From assembly GCA_002084875.1 (NCBI GenBank), contig NBMH01000001.1:1-37711 (forward strand): a stretch of 37,711 bases of DNA. Reading direction: 5' to 3'. The notes under the pieces are model-generated. The model saw only the letters and a list, made by a program, of their open reading frames with translations, had not been told where the DNA came from and made no database searches. Origin of the DNA: Anaerolineaceae bacterium 4572_78. Lineage in GTDB: Bacteria; Chloroflexota; Anaerolineae; 4572-78. The number at the start of each line of letters is the position of its first letter. The first letter of the stretch is position 1. The translations under genes were made by a program, and so were the position numbers. Shown in pieces: positions 18,211 through 27,693 of this stretch.

Positions 18211-19110
18211 ATGTCAGTTGTGCTAACTCCAACTATTGAAAAACATACTAAAAAAATTAGTAGCAATAATGGTTATTGGTCAATGATGACTGATAATTGG
18301 TCAATTGTGACCGATAATTGGTTGCTGGTTTTAGATAGGTTACATGATTTGCCTGACCATACTCAACTTCCTGAAACGGACGGTGCTATCGTGGCAAACT
18401 TTCAAGAACATCCACAAAGTTCATTACTCTCGGACGCAATTACGCCCGTACTACAAGAAATACATCCCGATGGACAATATGCCATTGGACAAAATAGTTT
18501 GATTTATTGGGAATGGGTAGAGCCAGTATTGGATGGTGCTAAAGCTCCTGATTGGTTTTATGTTCCTAATGTAGCACCTTTGCTAGATGACGATTTTAGG
18601 AGGTCGTATGTGCTATGGAAAGAGCATGTTCCCCCCTTAATTGCAATTGAAATGGTGTCAGGCGATGGCAAAAACGAACGAAACCGAACACCAGGCACAG
18701 GTAAGTTATGGGTGTATGAGAATGGCATACGAATAAAATATTATGCCATAATAGATGCTTGGCGAAAAATATTGGAGGTGCGTAAATTGGTAAGAGGTAG
18801 CTATCAGTTACTAAAAGCAAATGAGCAAGGTCGCTATCTGATAGAAGAGCTGGGAGTGGAGATTGGCATGTGGACAGGCACATACCAAAACATGACCACA
18901 GACTGGTTGCGATTTTGGGATAGAGATGGCAACCTATTGTTGATAGGCGACGAGCGTGCCAAGCAGGAACGCATGCGTGCCGAACAAGCCGAAGCTAGCC
19001 TTCGCTTGAAAGACCAAGAGACTGCCCGCCGCATGTTAGCTAAAGGCATGAACGTAGCACTCATTTTTGAAATAACAGGGCTTTCAACAGATGAAATCGC
19101 TAAACTCTAA
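18211..19110 (+). CDS. Uma2-family (DUF820) putative restriction-endonuclease-like protein with a C-terminal coiled-coil/HTH-like extension
   Basis: It has the characteristic LPETDG...(acceptor-like) motif and the downstream EHVPPLIAIEMVSGDGKNERNRTPGTGKLWVYENGIRIKYYAIIDA core. This matches the Uma2 pattern ...PDLAVEVLSP...K...Y...GV.EYWIID. The C-terminal ~60 aa (ERAKQERMRAEQAEASLRLKDQE...) lie outside the core. Confidence 0.7.
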   Translation: MSVVLTPTIEKHTKKISSNNGYWSMMTDNWSIVTDNWLLVLDRLHDLPDHTQLPETDGAIVANFQEHPQSSLLSDAITPVLQEIHPDGQYAIGQNSLIYWEWVEPVLDGAKAPDWFYVPNVAPLLDDDFRRSYVLWKEHVPPLIAIEMVSGDGKNERNRTPGTGKLWVYENGIRIKYYAIIDAWRKILEVRKLVRGSYQLLKANEQGRYLIEELGVEIGMWTGTYQNMTTDWLRFWDRDGNLLLIGDERAKQERMRAEQAEASLRLKDQETARRMLAKGMNVALIFEITGLSTDEIAKL

Positions 19111-19261
19111 CATTAACTAAATTTTGGGTAACCGTTCGTCTCCCTTGTTCCAATACTTTGTGTCGACCTACACAATGACGCAGAGTGTCATGTATCACGT
19201 TGCTACGCCCTGTGCGGTAACGATATGGTTATGATGAGGGAAGTGAATAATTACATACAAA

Positions 19262-19312
19262 AACAATCTCCACCATTCCTCCCTTTGAAGGGAGGGGTTG
19301 GGAATGGGATTT
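19262..19312. repeat. Intergenic repeat: hairpin CCTCCCTT-tga-AGGGAGG followed by GGTTGGGAATGGG
   Basis: It is a member of the G-rich dispersed repeat family seen in other intergenic regions of this window. Confidence 0.5.
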
Positions 19313-19326
19313 TACACTGAAAACCA

Positions 19327-19971
19327 ATGGTAAAAGATAAGCTTCCTGAAATATGGAGAAAAAATTTTTTAAACTTTATTCGATATCGTCACCTTTCCCG
19401 AGCGTTGACAACCATCGGCATTAATAAAGGTGATTTAAATGAATGGGCAAAGATAATGACCGAAATAGCTATAGCTACCTGTAAGTCATTAAGCTGGTCA
19501 ATAGCGGCTGAAGGTCATGTCTGTGATATATTACCAATATCAAGTCATAAGTATCTCGATTTAGATATAATGGCATTTGACCATACCAGCCGGTCTGATT
19601 GGAAGTATCCGATAGCTATAATAGAACTGGAAAGCTCGCAACGAGATTATGATGTTGCCTATTCTTTTTGGAAACTGATGAGTGTACGTTCTTACTTTCG
19701 TGTGTTATACTGCTATCGCCCCCGCAAATCAAAAGGAGTAGAATTGATACACGAGCTAGAACAAGAAGTATGGCGTGCTCTGGATTTAGAAGACCGTCTA
19801 ATAACAAAAGGAATAATCCTGGTTGTGGTCGGCGGCTATGAACGTATTGCCACTATCCCGCACACCTTCTTTCAGTGGTGGGTGCTTAATAAAGATACAG
19901 GATGGTTTGAGCCGATGCCTGAGGAAGATGTGAACTTATTAGGTATGAAGTACCTACATCGTAAAACATAA
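19327..19971 (+). CDS. Hypothetical protein (214 aa), no confidently recognised domain
   Basis: It is a long ORF isolated by 190-220-nt intergenic spacers, with no matching repeats inside. The weak D...D / E-L-E pattern (YLDLDIMAFD ... IAIIELESS) could be a degenerate nuclease-like core. This is speculative. Confidence 0.45.
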   Translation: MVKDKLPEIWRKNFLNFIRYRHLSRALTTIGINKGDLNEWAKIMTEIAIATCKSLSWSIAAEGHVCDILPISSHKYLDLDIMAFDHTSRSDWKYPIAIIELESSQRDYDVAYSFWKLMSVRSYFRVLYCYRPRKSKGVELIHELEQEVWRALDLEDRLITKGIILVVVGGYERIATIPHTFFQWWVLNKDTGWFEPMPEEDVNLLGMKYLHRKT

Positions 19972-20162
19972 TGAGTTTTTCTACTCAAACAAATCAATGG
20001 TTGCACAAATTGAATCAGTTTTTAAAACCTATCCAATCTCAAATTTCTGTAACCATAGACAGTCAACCACCCAACCTAAAGGGATTGGGTTTTATGGACT
20101 TTTTTCATAACGATTAAGTTTTTGTTAATATTTATGTTATCCAAATCATTTAAGGAGAAAAA

Positions 20163-21011
20163 ATGAAGAAATATACAATGTTGTTTATTGTTTTACTTTT
20201 AGGTACAATGTTAGTGGTGGCATGTTCGCCTCCAGCATCTCCAGAAAAATCTGGGGATGAGACACCAAAAGAAGAAAGTACTGAAGGTTTACCTGATTTA
20301 AAAGGGCAGGAATTAACCATTGCCATAGAAAACGCCTATATGCCGTTTAACTATATCAATTTGGAAACAGGTAAGCCCGAAGGTTGGGACTACGATGCCT
20401 GTAATGAAATTTGTCGTCGCCTCAACTGCACCCCTGTTTATGTTGAAGCAGCTTGGGATGGCTTGATTGCGGCTGTCGAAGAAGGTCAATTTGACATAGC
20501 AGCTAATGGAGTCACTATCACAGAAGAACGAGCTCAGGTCGTTGATTTTTCTGATGGCTACATGAGCATTGAACAACGAATTATGGTTCGAGTTGATGAA
20601 AACCGTTTTGAATCAGCACAAGAATTAAAGAACAATTCAGACTTGACACTTGGTACACAAGTCGGCACGACTAATTTTAATACGGCTGTTGACTTGGTTG
20701 GTGAAGAAAGGGTCATTTCATTTAATGACTTTGGTTTAGCAGTGCAGGCTCTCATTTCAGGTGATGTAGATGCGGTTATCATGGATGAGACGGCTGGGCA
20801 GGGCTATGTGGGAGTCAATGCCGAAAAAATTAACTTGATTGGCGATTCATTAAGCAGTGACCAACTTGGTTTCATTTTTCCACAAGGAAGCAAATTGGTT
20901 GAGCCCTTTAATGAAGCCTTAGCTTCTATGCGTGAAGATGGCACTCTTGAAGAATTAGCCATGAAATATTTCTCCGACAATTTCACATTGACAGATGAGG
21001 ATATTAAGTAA
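20163..21011 (+). CDS. ABC transporter substrate-binding lipoprotein (amino-acid/family-3 SBP type)
   Basis: It has a signal peptide with a lipobox ([11 protein letters not shown]). The SBP_bac_3-like core includes ...[14 protein letters not shown]... and ...[16 protein letters not shown].... The RBS AAGGAGAAAAAATG is good. Confidence 0.8.
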   Translation: MKKYTMLFIVLLLGTMLVVACSPPASPEKSGDETPKEESTEGLPDLKGQELTIAIENAYMPFNYINLETGKPEGWDYDACNEICRRLNCTPVYVEAAWDGLIAAVEEGQFDIAANGVTITEERAQVVDFSDGYMSIEQRIMVRVDENRFESAQELKNNSDLTLGTQVGTTNFNTAVDLVGEERVISFNDFGLAVQALISGDVDAVIMDETAGQGYVGVNAEKINLIGDSLSSDQLGFIFPQGSKLVEPFNEALASMREDGTLEELAMKYFSDNFTLTDEDIK

Positions 21012-21030
21012 TTGATGTCAACCACATTGG

Positions 21031-21070
21031 TTTGTAGTAGTGATTGAAGTCGTTACTACAAACCTTTAGA
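21031..21070 (+). terminator. Candidate intrinsic terminator after the SBP gene (stem GTTTGTAGTA / TACTACAAAC, then CTTT...GTTTTT)
   Basis: It is a 10-bp perfect stem with a 13-nt loop, 20 nt past the stop codon. The T-tract is interrupted, so this is weak. Confidence 0.35.
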
Positions 21071-21092
21071 ATGTTTTTGAGGATTGTAAACA

Positions 21093-21731
21093 ATGAATTG
21101 GTCATTAATTTATGAAATAATTGGTTATACCGCTTCTGTCTTGATTGCGGTTTCAATGATGATGAGTTCTATCATTAGATTACGAATCATCAATCTCATC
21201 GGGGCATTTTTCTTTACATTGTATGGCTTGTTGATTTCAGCCTACCCTGTTGCCGCCCTCAATTTTTTTATTGTGTTGATAAACATCTACTATCTACACA
21301 AAATGTTTACCAGCAAAGAATATTTTACCTTCCTCGAATCAGAAAAAGATTCACCATACATAAAATATTTTTTAGGGTTCCATAAACAGGAAATTACTTT
21401 CTTTTTTCCTGATTTTTCTTATGAGCCCACAAAAAATTTGCTGACATTTTTTACTTTGCGAGATATTATTCCTGCTGGCTTATTTATTGCTGAAATCATG
21501 GATGACCATACTTTATTTGTCACCCTTGATTTTGTCATGCCTGGCTACAGAGATTTCGCAATTGACAGGTTTATCTATGTTGAAAGGTCAGATTTTCTTA
21601 CCGATAAAGGATTTAATAATATTTACACGAAGATTGATAATGATGCTCATGTGAAACATCTACAGAAAATAGGCTTTAAGTTTGACGATACAAAGGGTGA
21701 TGGCACACTATATTTGAAACTTGGAAAGTGA
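21093..21731 (+). CDS. Membrane protein: N-terminal YgjV-like 3-TM module fused to a ~135-aa soluble domain of unknown function
   Basis: The N-terminal 75 aa (SLIYEIIGYTASVLIAVSMMMSS...GAFFFTLYGLLIS...FFIVLINIYYL) resemble the YgjV inner-membrane family. The remainder has no recognised motif. Confidence 0.5.
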   Translation: MNWSLIYEIIGYTASVLIAVSMMMSSIIRLRIINLIGAFFFTLYGLLISAYPVAALNFFIVLINIYYLHKMFTSKEYFTFLESEKDSPYIKYFLGFHKQEITFFFPDFSYEPTKNLLTFFTLRDIIPAGLFIAEIMDDHTLFVTLDFVMPGYRDFAIDRFIYVERSDFLTDKGFNNIYTKIDNDAHVKHLQKIGFKFDDTKGDGTLYLKLGK

Positions 21732-21733
21732 GC

Positions 21734-22723
21734 CTACATTTTTTTCATACTACATAATCGTGTTATCAGCATGTCTAATGCCATTGTCTCCTCCATTTGC
21801 CCTGTTTTAATCGCTTTGTCTGTTTCAAGTAAAATCGAAAAAACATCTACTAATTGCTTGGTGCTAAACTTTTTCCCTTCTCGTAGCCGTATCTGCACAG
21901 GGTAATCACTTCGCCAGCCTTTTGCTTGAGCGATTTGAGGTGGGGTCATGCCGCTTTCAGCCATGCTTTTTATTTCGAGCAGGCTACGAAATTGGCTGGT
22001 AATGCTACCTAATATTGCTAGGGTATGCTGTCCTTCATTCAGGTGTTTATGATATTGGTCTAATGCCTTTTCAATGTTTTGTCGTCCGATTGCGTTTGCC
22101 ATAGCAAATGCTTCGGAATCAACAGTATAAGGACATAAATATTCAACATCGGCTAAACGAATTGGACGTTTATTTTTAACATACAAAATAAGTTTTTCCA
22201 ATTCGTTATCTAACATCCGCAAATTTTCACCAACAACATTTGCTAGTGCCATCGCGGCTGGCATGTCAATTTTGCCCTCCTTTTGCTGAACACGTTTTTC
22301 TATCCATGGCACAAGTTCTCTCTTCGTCGGTTCAGGAAAAGCGTGGACACAATCAGATATTTTCAATCCTTTTTTGAGAATTGAGTGGTTTTTTCTCAGA
22401 GTAACATTCTCAATGAAAACAAGCGTGGTGCTATCAGGGAGGTTGTCCAATAATTTTGCCAAATCAGTGATGACTTCGGCACGATTTTTCTTCTTGGCTC
22501 CGCCACTGATTTGGCTCAAGTAGTTCTGAACAATTACCAGCCGATTTGAGATGAGAAAGGGCATAGCATGAACATGATGAGTAAGTTCAGCTATAGTAAG
22601 GTTTTTCCCTTCCAATTCAGTAGTATTAAGGGAAAGCATATCTGAATTACCTAGACGACTTTTTAAGTCGGCAAGCATTTCTTTGGCTGTAAATTCATTG
22701 GGCCCATGAAAAATATGATACAT
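21734..22723 (-). CDS. holA: DNA polymerase III delta subunit (HolA)
   Basis: It matches the delta-subunit N-terminal pattern (MYHIFHGPNEFTAKEMLADLKSRL...LSLNTTELEGKNLTIAELTHHVHAMPFLISNRLVIVQN). The start is set at ATG 22723 with AGGTAAAC upstream. The longer track ORF starting at 22828 adds 35 non-conserved residues. Confidence 0.65.
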   Translation of the reverse strand: MYHIFHGPNEFTAKEMLADLKSRLGNSDMLSLNTTELEGKNLTIAELTHHVHAMPFLISNRLVIVQNYLSQISGGAKKKNRAEVITDLAKLLDNLPDSTTLVFIENVTLRKNHSILKKGLKISDCVHAFPEPTKRELVPWIEKRVQQKEGKIDMPAAMALANVVGENLRMLDNELEKLILYVKNKRPIRLADVEYLCPYTVDSEAFAMANAIGRQNIEKALDQYHKHLNEGQHTLAILGSITSQFRSLLEIKSMAESGMTPPQIAQAKGWRSDYPVQIRLREGKKFSTKQLVDVFSILLETDKAIKTGQMEETMALDMLITRLCSMKKM

Positions 22724-22759
22724 GTTTACCTGTAGACTTTTTTTATACCTACAGTCTAA

Positions 22760-22790
22760 GACAAGAAAGGTTTTAAAAACCTTTCTTGTC
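22760..22790. repeat. Copy 3 of the palindromic element (GACAAGAAAGGTTTTAAAAACCTTTCTTGTC), a perfect 12-bp stem between holA and its upstream gene
   Basis: It is a perfect inverted repeat, the same unit as at 3309-3337 and 6156-6188. Confidence 0.75.
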
Positions 22791-22803
22791 TGTCCATTGT
22801 CTT

Positions 22804-24111
22804 TTATAAGCGTCGACTGATTTTCCATTTACCTTCATGAAAAACCACCTCTAGGTTGATAATTTCTGTTGTTGTAACTTCGGCATCACCCTTATTTTGC
22901 TTAATCACTGCCTGTAATTTAACTCGACTGGAAAGTGGGGTTGAGCCTGCATAAGAAACAGCTACATCTGTTTTCTCCACATCAGGAAAATATTCCAGTT
23001 TGGTAACAGATACATTAAATGGTAATGTATCACTTGGCAAGCCAAAGTAGGAAAATTTATTATTATTATATTCTGTTCCTGCTTGACTATCAGGAGCAAA
23101 AAAATCAAGCATGTTCTCATTAGCATCAACTAATGCTGTATTTTCCCCCAACGTTTTATAAAATCCCAAAACCAGTTTTTCAGGAAATTCTGTTTGGAAG
23201 ATGTTCACAAGAGGGTCTTCTAAAGCAAAATCAATATAAGATTTCACGGGAGCAGCCAATGAAGCCGCTCCTATATCTGCCATAAAGGTGGCATTAACAC
23301 CTTCACCATGAAGGTCATACACATTTTTCACTGCCAGCTGAGCCCGTTCATATGCTCCCCTGTCAGAAACTGTAACTTGTTTGGTATCAGGATTGTATGA
23401 TACCCCACCACTTCCTTCAAAAGAACCAATCACTTGATAACGTGGGGGGTCATCTCGTGGCGGTTGCCAAGGGCTTGTATTTTGTTGGAAGCTAAAAATG
23501 GTCAATTGATTTTTCACTCCATTCAATTGACCGTAAATAAGGAGCTCGGGAATACCATCTTGTACGATTACACCTGTTTCGGCATCGCAGTCACTTGTTT
23601 CGCATTTAGCAAGATTAGGAATAATATCTTGTTTGTCATCAACGATGACATGTCCTTCACCTAAGAAATCTCTGTCAGGAGCGTCAAGTGAATAAGGGAA
23701 AATAATAGGTAGCGGTTTGCCACGGTCATTATCATAAATCACCGCCAAACGTGGGGAACTTCCTGGACAAGGGTCGTTTAGGCTTTTCCTTTCAGAAATG
23801 TCACTGAATTCATCAGATACTCTAACCGAATCAACCTGATAAACGACCAGCCATTCTTGGTCTTCCGTATTATTATCTGTGTTAAGTTGTTGTGCTGAGC
23901 AGATTTTCCTCCCATCTTCAGGAATAAAATCAGTCAATTTACCTGACCAGACAAGCCAACCTGTTTCCACAAGTGGACTCATGTCAATTCTACACAGAAG
24001 TACTGAAAACACCAACATAAAACCAATAACAACGAGCAATCCAATCGCATTAACAATTGCTCCTGTAATATATTTTATAAACTGAGAACCAATTTCTGTT
24101 AATCCAGACAC
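22804..24111 (-). CDS. Hypothetical membrane-anchored protein (N-terminal TM, large extracytoplasmic domain), upstream of and co-oriented with holA
   Basis: It has a GTG start at 24111 with AAAGGTGAAAG upstream. The TM helix is AIVNAIGLLVVIGFMLVFSVLL. No domain is recognised in the remaining 400 aa. Confidence 0.5.
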   Translation of the reverse strand: MSGLTEIGSQFIKYITGAIVNAIGLLVVIGFMLVFSVLLCRIDMSPLVETGWLVWSGKLTDFIPEDGRKICSAQQLNTDNNTEDQEWLVVYQVDSVRVSDEFSDISERKSLNDPCPGSSPRLAVIYDNDRGKPLPIIFPYSLDAPDRDFLGEGHVIVDDKQDIIPNLAKCETSDCDAETGVIVQDGIPELLIYGQLNGVKNQLTIFSFQQNTSPWQPPRDDPPRYQVIGSFEGSGGVSYNPDTKQVTVSDRGAYERAQLAVKNVYDLHGEGVNATFMADIGAASLAAPVKSYIDFALEDPLVNIFQTEFPEKLVLGFYKTLGENTALVDANENMLDFFAPDSQAGTEYNNNKFSYFGLPSDTLPFNVSVTKLEYFPDVEKTDVAVSYAGSTPLSSRVKLQAVIKQNKGDAEVTTTEIINLEVVFHEGKWKISRRL

Positions 24112-24282
24112 TATCTTTCACCTTTGTATGTTAAAAATATTATGTAAATTAAATTCATGTTATCACTGATTTTTTATTATGTCAACTTAAGAAAAAAAAA
24201 TGGATATTATATTTTGACGATTTTTCAATCTGTTGAAACCGATTTCTGTTTCCAGAATGAGGTTTGAATCTCACGCCCGTTA

Positions 24283-24362
24283 GTACTACAACCCCCCATC
24301 CCATTCCCATGCGAGGAGAATCCCCCTCCACATAGGGAAGGGGTTAGGGATAGTGAAACGCG
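24283..24362. repeat. Intergenic G/C-rich repeat (CCCCCCATCCCATTCCCATGCGAGGAGAATCCCCCTCCACATAGGGAAGGGGTTAGGGATAGTGAAACG)
   Basis: It shares the ...GGGGTTAGGGATAGTGAAACG tail with 28838-28860 (GGGGAGTGGTGATGGTGAAACG) and with other ...GGTGAAC-terminated copies. Confidence 0.55.
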
Positions 24363-24376
24363 ATTACCCAAGAAAA

Positions 24377-25012
24377 TTATTTCTGCTTCTTATGATTTTT
24401 AAACTGCTTAAAAGCTACATACATCAGCATGAAAAAGATTGCACTTGCCAAGAAGCTAACATAAGGTGAATCTTGAACTGCTAAGGTAATTCCTGTTTCA
24501 GGCATTTCGACGTATATATCAATATCATCAGTACTTGTTTTTGATGATGGTGGTGATGTTGGTGTACTGGTGCTAGTCAGTTCAACTTCAGGAAGTGCAC
24601 TCTCACCCAAGTCACCTGTACTTGTTATAACAGCAGTACTGGTTATAACAACAGTACGAATCATTGACGGTGTTTGGGTCTCTGTTGGGAATGGTGTATT
24701 AATGGAAACCTGTTCTTTGGTAGGTGTCCAAGTTGGAACTGAAGCTACCTCATTAGTAGGTGTCCAAGTCGGAGTTGCTACATCCTCGACCGCTTCCGTT
24801 GTGTCAACAACTTCAGTGGCATCACCATTGGTATCAGGTTCGGTACCAGTATCAACAGTATTGGTTATTGGTTCTCCTGTTTCAGCAGTTGTATCAGGAG
24901 GCGGTTCAGCACTGCCTGCACCAATCTGTGGCAATATAAAATAAGCACCAACACCAATAATACCAATCACAACAAATACAGCTAAAATAATGATAATTAA
25001 TCTCAGTTTCAT
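24377..25012 (-). CDS. Pro/Thr-rich surface protein with N-terminal signal-anchor and a C-terminal sortase-like sorting signal (MPETG + hydrophobic segment + KNHKKQK)
   Basis: The N-terminal TM is IIIILAVFVVIGIIGVGAYFIL. A long T/P/E-rich linker contains a tandem VPTWTPT(N/K)E repeat. The C-terminus is ...YVEMPETGITLAVQDSPYVSFLASAIFFMLMYVAFKQFKNHKKQK. The RBS AGGAGT is present. Confidence 0.6.
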   Translation of the reverse strand: MKLRLIIIILAVFVVIGIIGVGAYFILPQIGAGSAEPPPDTTAETGEPITNTVDTGTEPDTNGDATEVVDTTEAVEDVATPTWTPTNEVASVPTWTPTKEQVSINTPFPTETQTPSMIRTVVITSTAVITSTGDLGESALPEVELTSTSTPTSPPSSKTSTDDIDIYVEMPETGITLAVQDSPYVSFLASAIFFMLMYVAFKQFKNHKKQK

Positions 25013-25064
25013 AAATTGATACTCCTATAGTTTTAGTGAACGGACTAGAAATCCGTTCTGCATG

Positions 25065-25565
25065 CTAATCTTCGATGCTATCTGATCGTTGCTGATTGTA
25101 ATCAACATAGCGAACGGCACCGACAATAAGAAACGCAATCAATGCAAAACTCATCCAAAATTGCCAATCAGTAGGAATATCCATTGAGGAAACTCCCGTT
25201 TGAGGTAAAGGTCGCTCCATGCCTGCACTATTGGCAGGCGGAAGCGTTGCTATTGGTTGAGCAACAGATTCAGATGTAAGTCGCGGTTTTATCGGCTTAA
25301 TTGTGGGAGTTGCATCACCACCTGTTACATCAGGAGTCATCTGCATGACCCTAATCACTGTTGGCGAAGATGTAAATGTTGGTAATGGGGTTGGTGTTTC
25401 AATTGATATGGGTGTTGGTGCAACCTCATCACCTGGTACAAGAGCAGATTCTCCACCACCAAACCCCAAGATGCCACTGTTAAATACAAAATAACCTCCC
25501 GCAACCAAAAGCACCAATCCAATAATTGTGCCAAAAATAATAATGAGTACACGTCTACTTTTCAT
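25065..25565 (-). CDS. Pro/Thr-rich surface protein with N-terminal signal-anchor and a C-terminal LPQTG-type sorting signal
   Basis: The N-terminal TM is VLIIIFGTIIGLVLLVAGGYFVF. The region after it is PT-rich (TPTPLPTFTSSPT). The C-terminus is ...RPLPQTGVSSMDIPTDWQFWMSFALIAFLIVGAVRYVDYNQQRSDSIED. Confidence 0.6.
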   Translation of the reverse strand: MKSRRVLIIIFGTIIGLVLLVAGGYFVFNSGILGFGGGESALVPGDEVAPTPISIETPTPLPTFTSSPTVIRVMQMTPDVTGGDATPTIKPIKPRLTSESVAQPIATLPPANSAGMERPLPQTGVSSMDIPTDWQFWMSFALIAFLIVGAVRYVDYNQQRSDSIED

Positions 25566-25708
25566 GCTTTTTCACATTTCCTCACTTCTGTAAACAAAAA
25601 TAGATTGTGTCAACCTAATTCTAAGTATACCACAAGATTTTTTGTTATGTCAACTAAAAACCATAAAAATTGTGTATTCTATCATTGTTTGGGTATTTTT
25701 TCAGAATG

Positions 25709-25717
25709 TGATATAAT
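25709..25717 (+). promoter_or_regulatory. Candidate extended -10 promoter element (TGATATAAT) about 37 nt upstream of the hybrid kinase start
   Basis: TGnTATAAT matches exactly at 25709-25717. Only a poor -35 (TTGTTT, 21-nt spacer) is present. The region is AT-rich and divergent. Confidence 0.3.
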
Positions 25718-25753
25718 AGTACATGATTTTATAAATTATTTGTGTGAGACAAG

Positions 25754-27652
25754 ATGACTAAATCTAAGCATATCCAATCATCACATTGGTATTATCGTTG
25801 CTGGGATAATTATACATTACGTGTAAAATTAATTATTGCCTTTTTAAGTGTGAGTATATTTTCGGCGGGTATAGTTGCATTTTTTTCAGGCACCATTCAA
25901 TTGTCAACGCAAGACTTTGACATGCCTTGGGGAAACATAGCTTTAATTACTCTGTGTGTTGTCGGGGTATCCATAATAGTTGCAATTGGTGTTAATCAAC
26001 TATTAACAAGACAACTTGCTCATATCACAAATACCATTAATAAAATCATAGAAGGTAATTTGGATATGAGTGCTTCCGTTGAGACACATGACGAAATTGG
26101 TCAACTCGCTCAGGCACTTAATGCTATGACCAGCCATTTCCAAAAATCAATTGGTTCATTCACAACACAAATCAAAGAACAAACCTTTGAATTGGAAAAA
26201 GCAAAAGAAAAAGCAGGGGTGGCAAACAAGGCAAAAATTGAATTTCTTTCCAATATGAGTCATGAATTACGAACCCCTCTTAATGGTATTTTGGGCTATG
26301 CTCAAATCCTTAGACGCTATAAGGGACTCAACCCTACCCAAAAAGAAGGCATGAAGATCATTTATCAAAGTAGTGAACATCTCCTCACTCTAATCAATGA
26401 TGTATTAGACCTTGCTAATATTGAATCACAAAAAATAAACATCTATCCTTCCGATTTTCACTTCCAACAATTTTTAGATAATATTGCAAGCGTCATCCGC
26501 ATGCAAGCAGAACAGAAAAGTATTACATTCGTTCAAGAAATAACAACACAATTACCACCTGGTATCCATGCTGACGAGAAACGGTTACGACAAATTTTAA
26601 TTAATCTTTTGGGAAATGCGGTTAAATTTACTAACAGTGGTAAAGTGATATTTCGAATAAGTGAATTGGATGAGATTAATGTTGTGAATGAATTAGGTGA
26701 TAAAGAAAATCAGTCCATTATCCGCTTTGAAATTAAGGATACAGGAGTGGGGATGTCCCATGAAGAAATAAAAACAGTTTTCCTCCCTTTTGAGCAAGTT
26801 GGTGATATTCAACATCGGGCTCCTGGCATGGGTTTAGGTTTGACAATTAGTGGGAGATTGATTAACATGATGGGGGGTGAACTCAAGGTCAAAAGTGAAT
26901 TGGGAAAAGGAAGTACCTTTTGGTTTGATATAAACCTACCAATTGCTTTCGTCGATAAATTAGGATTTGAAAAACAAGCTAAGCGAACTATTACAGGATA
27001 TAAAGGTAAAAGACAAAAAATATTGGTTGTTGATGACAGACCACAAAATTGTTTGGTGCTAACCAAGATGTTGCAACCACTTGGGTTTGAAGTGATTATT
27101 GCCTACAATGGTCAGGAAGAAGTTGAAAAAGCAGATGAATTTCGCCCCGACATTATCCTGACTGATTTGGTTATGCCCGTCATGACTGGTTTTGAGGCAG
27201 TGCAGATTATTCGTCAGACTGCCGAAATTCAAAACACAGTCATTATTGCTATATCTGCCAGTATTTTTGACATGAACCAAAAGGATAGTAAGCTAGCAGG
27301 GTGTGATGATTTTCTTCCTAAACCTGTTCGAAGGATTGATTTGCTTGATACTATTGCTGAACATCTCAACCTGGAATGGACATATCAATCAATTGAGGAG
27401 GAGCTTGTTTTAGCTGAAGAAGATGTTCAAGACAAAGACATGGACAGGTTCGTGCCGCCACCAATGAAAGATATACATACCTTGCATGAGCTTGCCATGA
27501 TGGGAGACATGGAAGGTATCAGCGAATGGGCAACAGATATTGAACAATTGGATGAACAATTCAAACCGTTTGCTCGCGAACTTAGAAAGTTGGCAAACGA
27601 ATATAAAGATGCCCAAATTTTGGATTTGGTCGAACAGTATGTTCAGGACTAA
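25754..27652 (+). CDS. Hybrid sensor histidine kinase/response regulator (2TM-HAMP-HisKA-HATPase-REC) with a ~100-aa C-terminal extension
   Basis: H-box [16 protein letters not shown]-box [10 protein letters not shown]1 IKDTGVGM. G2 [13 protein letters not shown] has [14 protein letters not shown] and AISAS. A C-terminal acidic helical domain (...[18 protein letters not shown]...) is unassigned. Confidence 0.85.
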   Translation: MTKSKHIQSSHWYYRCWDNYTLRVKLIIAFLSVSIFSAGIVAFFSGTIQLSTQDFDMPWGNIALITLCVVGVSIIVAIGVNQLLTRQLAHITNTINKIIEGNLDMSASVETHDEIGQLAQALNAMTSHFQKSIGSFTTQIKEQTFELEKAKEKAGVANKAKIEFLSNMSHELRTPLNGILGYAQILRRYKGLNPTQKEGMKIIYQSSEHLLTLINDVLDLANIESQKINIYPSDFHFQQFLDNIASVIRMQAEQKSITFVQEITTQLPPGIHADEKRLRQILINLLGNAVKFTNSGKVIFRISELDEINVVNELGDKENQSIIRFEIKDTGVGMSHEEIKTVFLPFEQVGDIQHRAPGMGLGLTISGRLINMMGGELKVKSELGKGSTFWFDINLPIAFVDKLGFEKQAKRTITGYKGKRQKILVVDDRPQNCLVLTKMLQPLGFEVIIAYNGQEEVEKADEFRPDIILTDLVMPVMTGFEAVQIIRQTAEIQNTVIIAISASIFDMNQKDSKLAGCDDFLPKPVRRIDLLDTIAEHLNLEWTYQSIEEELVLAEEDVQDKDMDRFVPPPMKDIHTLHELAMMGDMEGISEWATDIEQLDEQFKPFARELRKLANEYKDAQILDLVEQYVQD

Positions 27653-27693
27653 CATTAATTTATTTTGTCAGATTTTCAGAAGGAGGAACAACT

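Noticed and set aside
22724-22828. Longer holA ORF starting at 22828
   Set aside because: The additional 35 N-terminal residues are not delta-like and would run through the conserved palindromic intergenic element. An internal ATG at 22723 has an AGGT RBS.
24570-24944. Plus-strand ORF (124 aa, Val/Ser/Thr-rich) and similar ORFs at 25303-25494, 32707-33267 and 36472-36708
   Set aside because: They are antisense to the Pro/Thr-rich low-complexity regions of minus-strand genes. Reverse-complemented PT-repeats translate to such ORFs. They have no RBS and no domain.
27540-27693. N-terminal 51-codon extension of the Rpn-family ORF as given in the ORF track
   Set aside because: It overlaps the 3' end of the hybrid kinase gene and has no RBS. 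The true start at 27694 has a perfect AGGAGG but is in another frame, so the extension is a read-through artefact of the frameshift.
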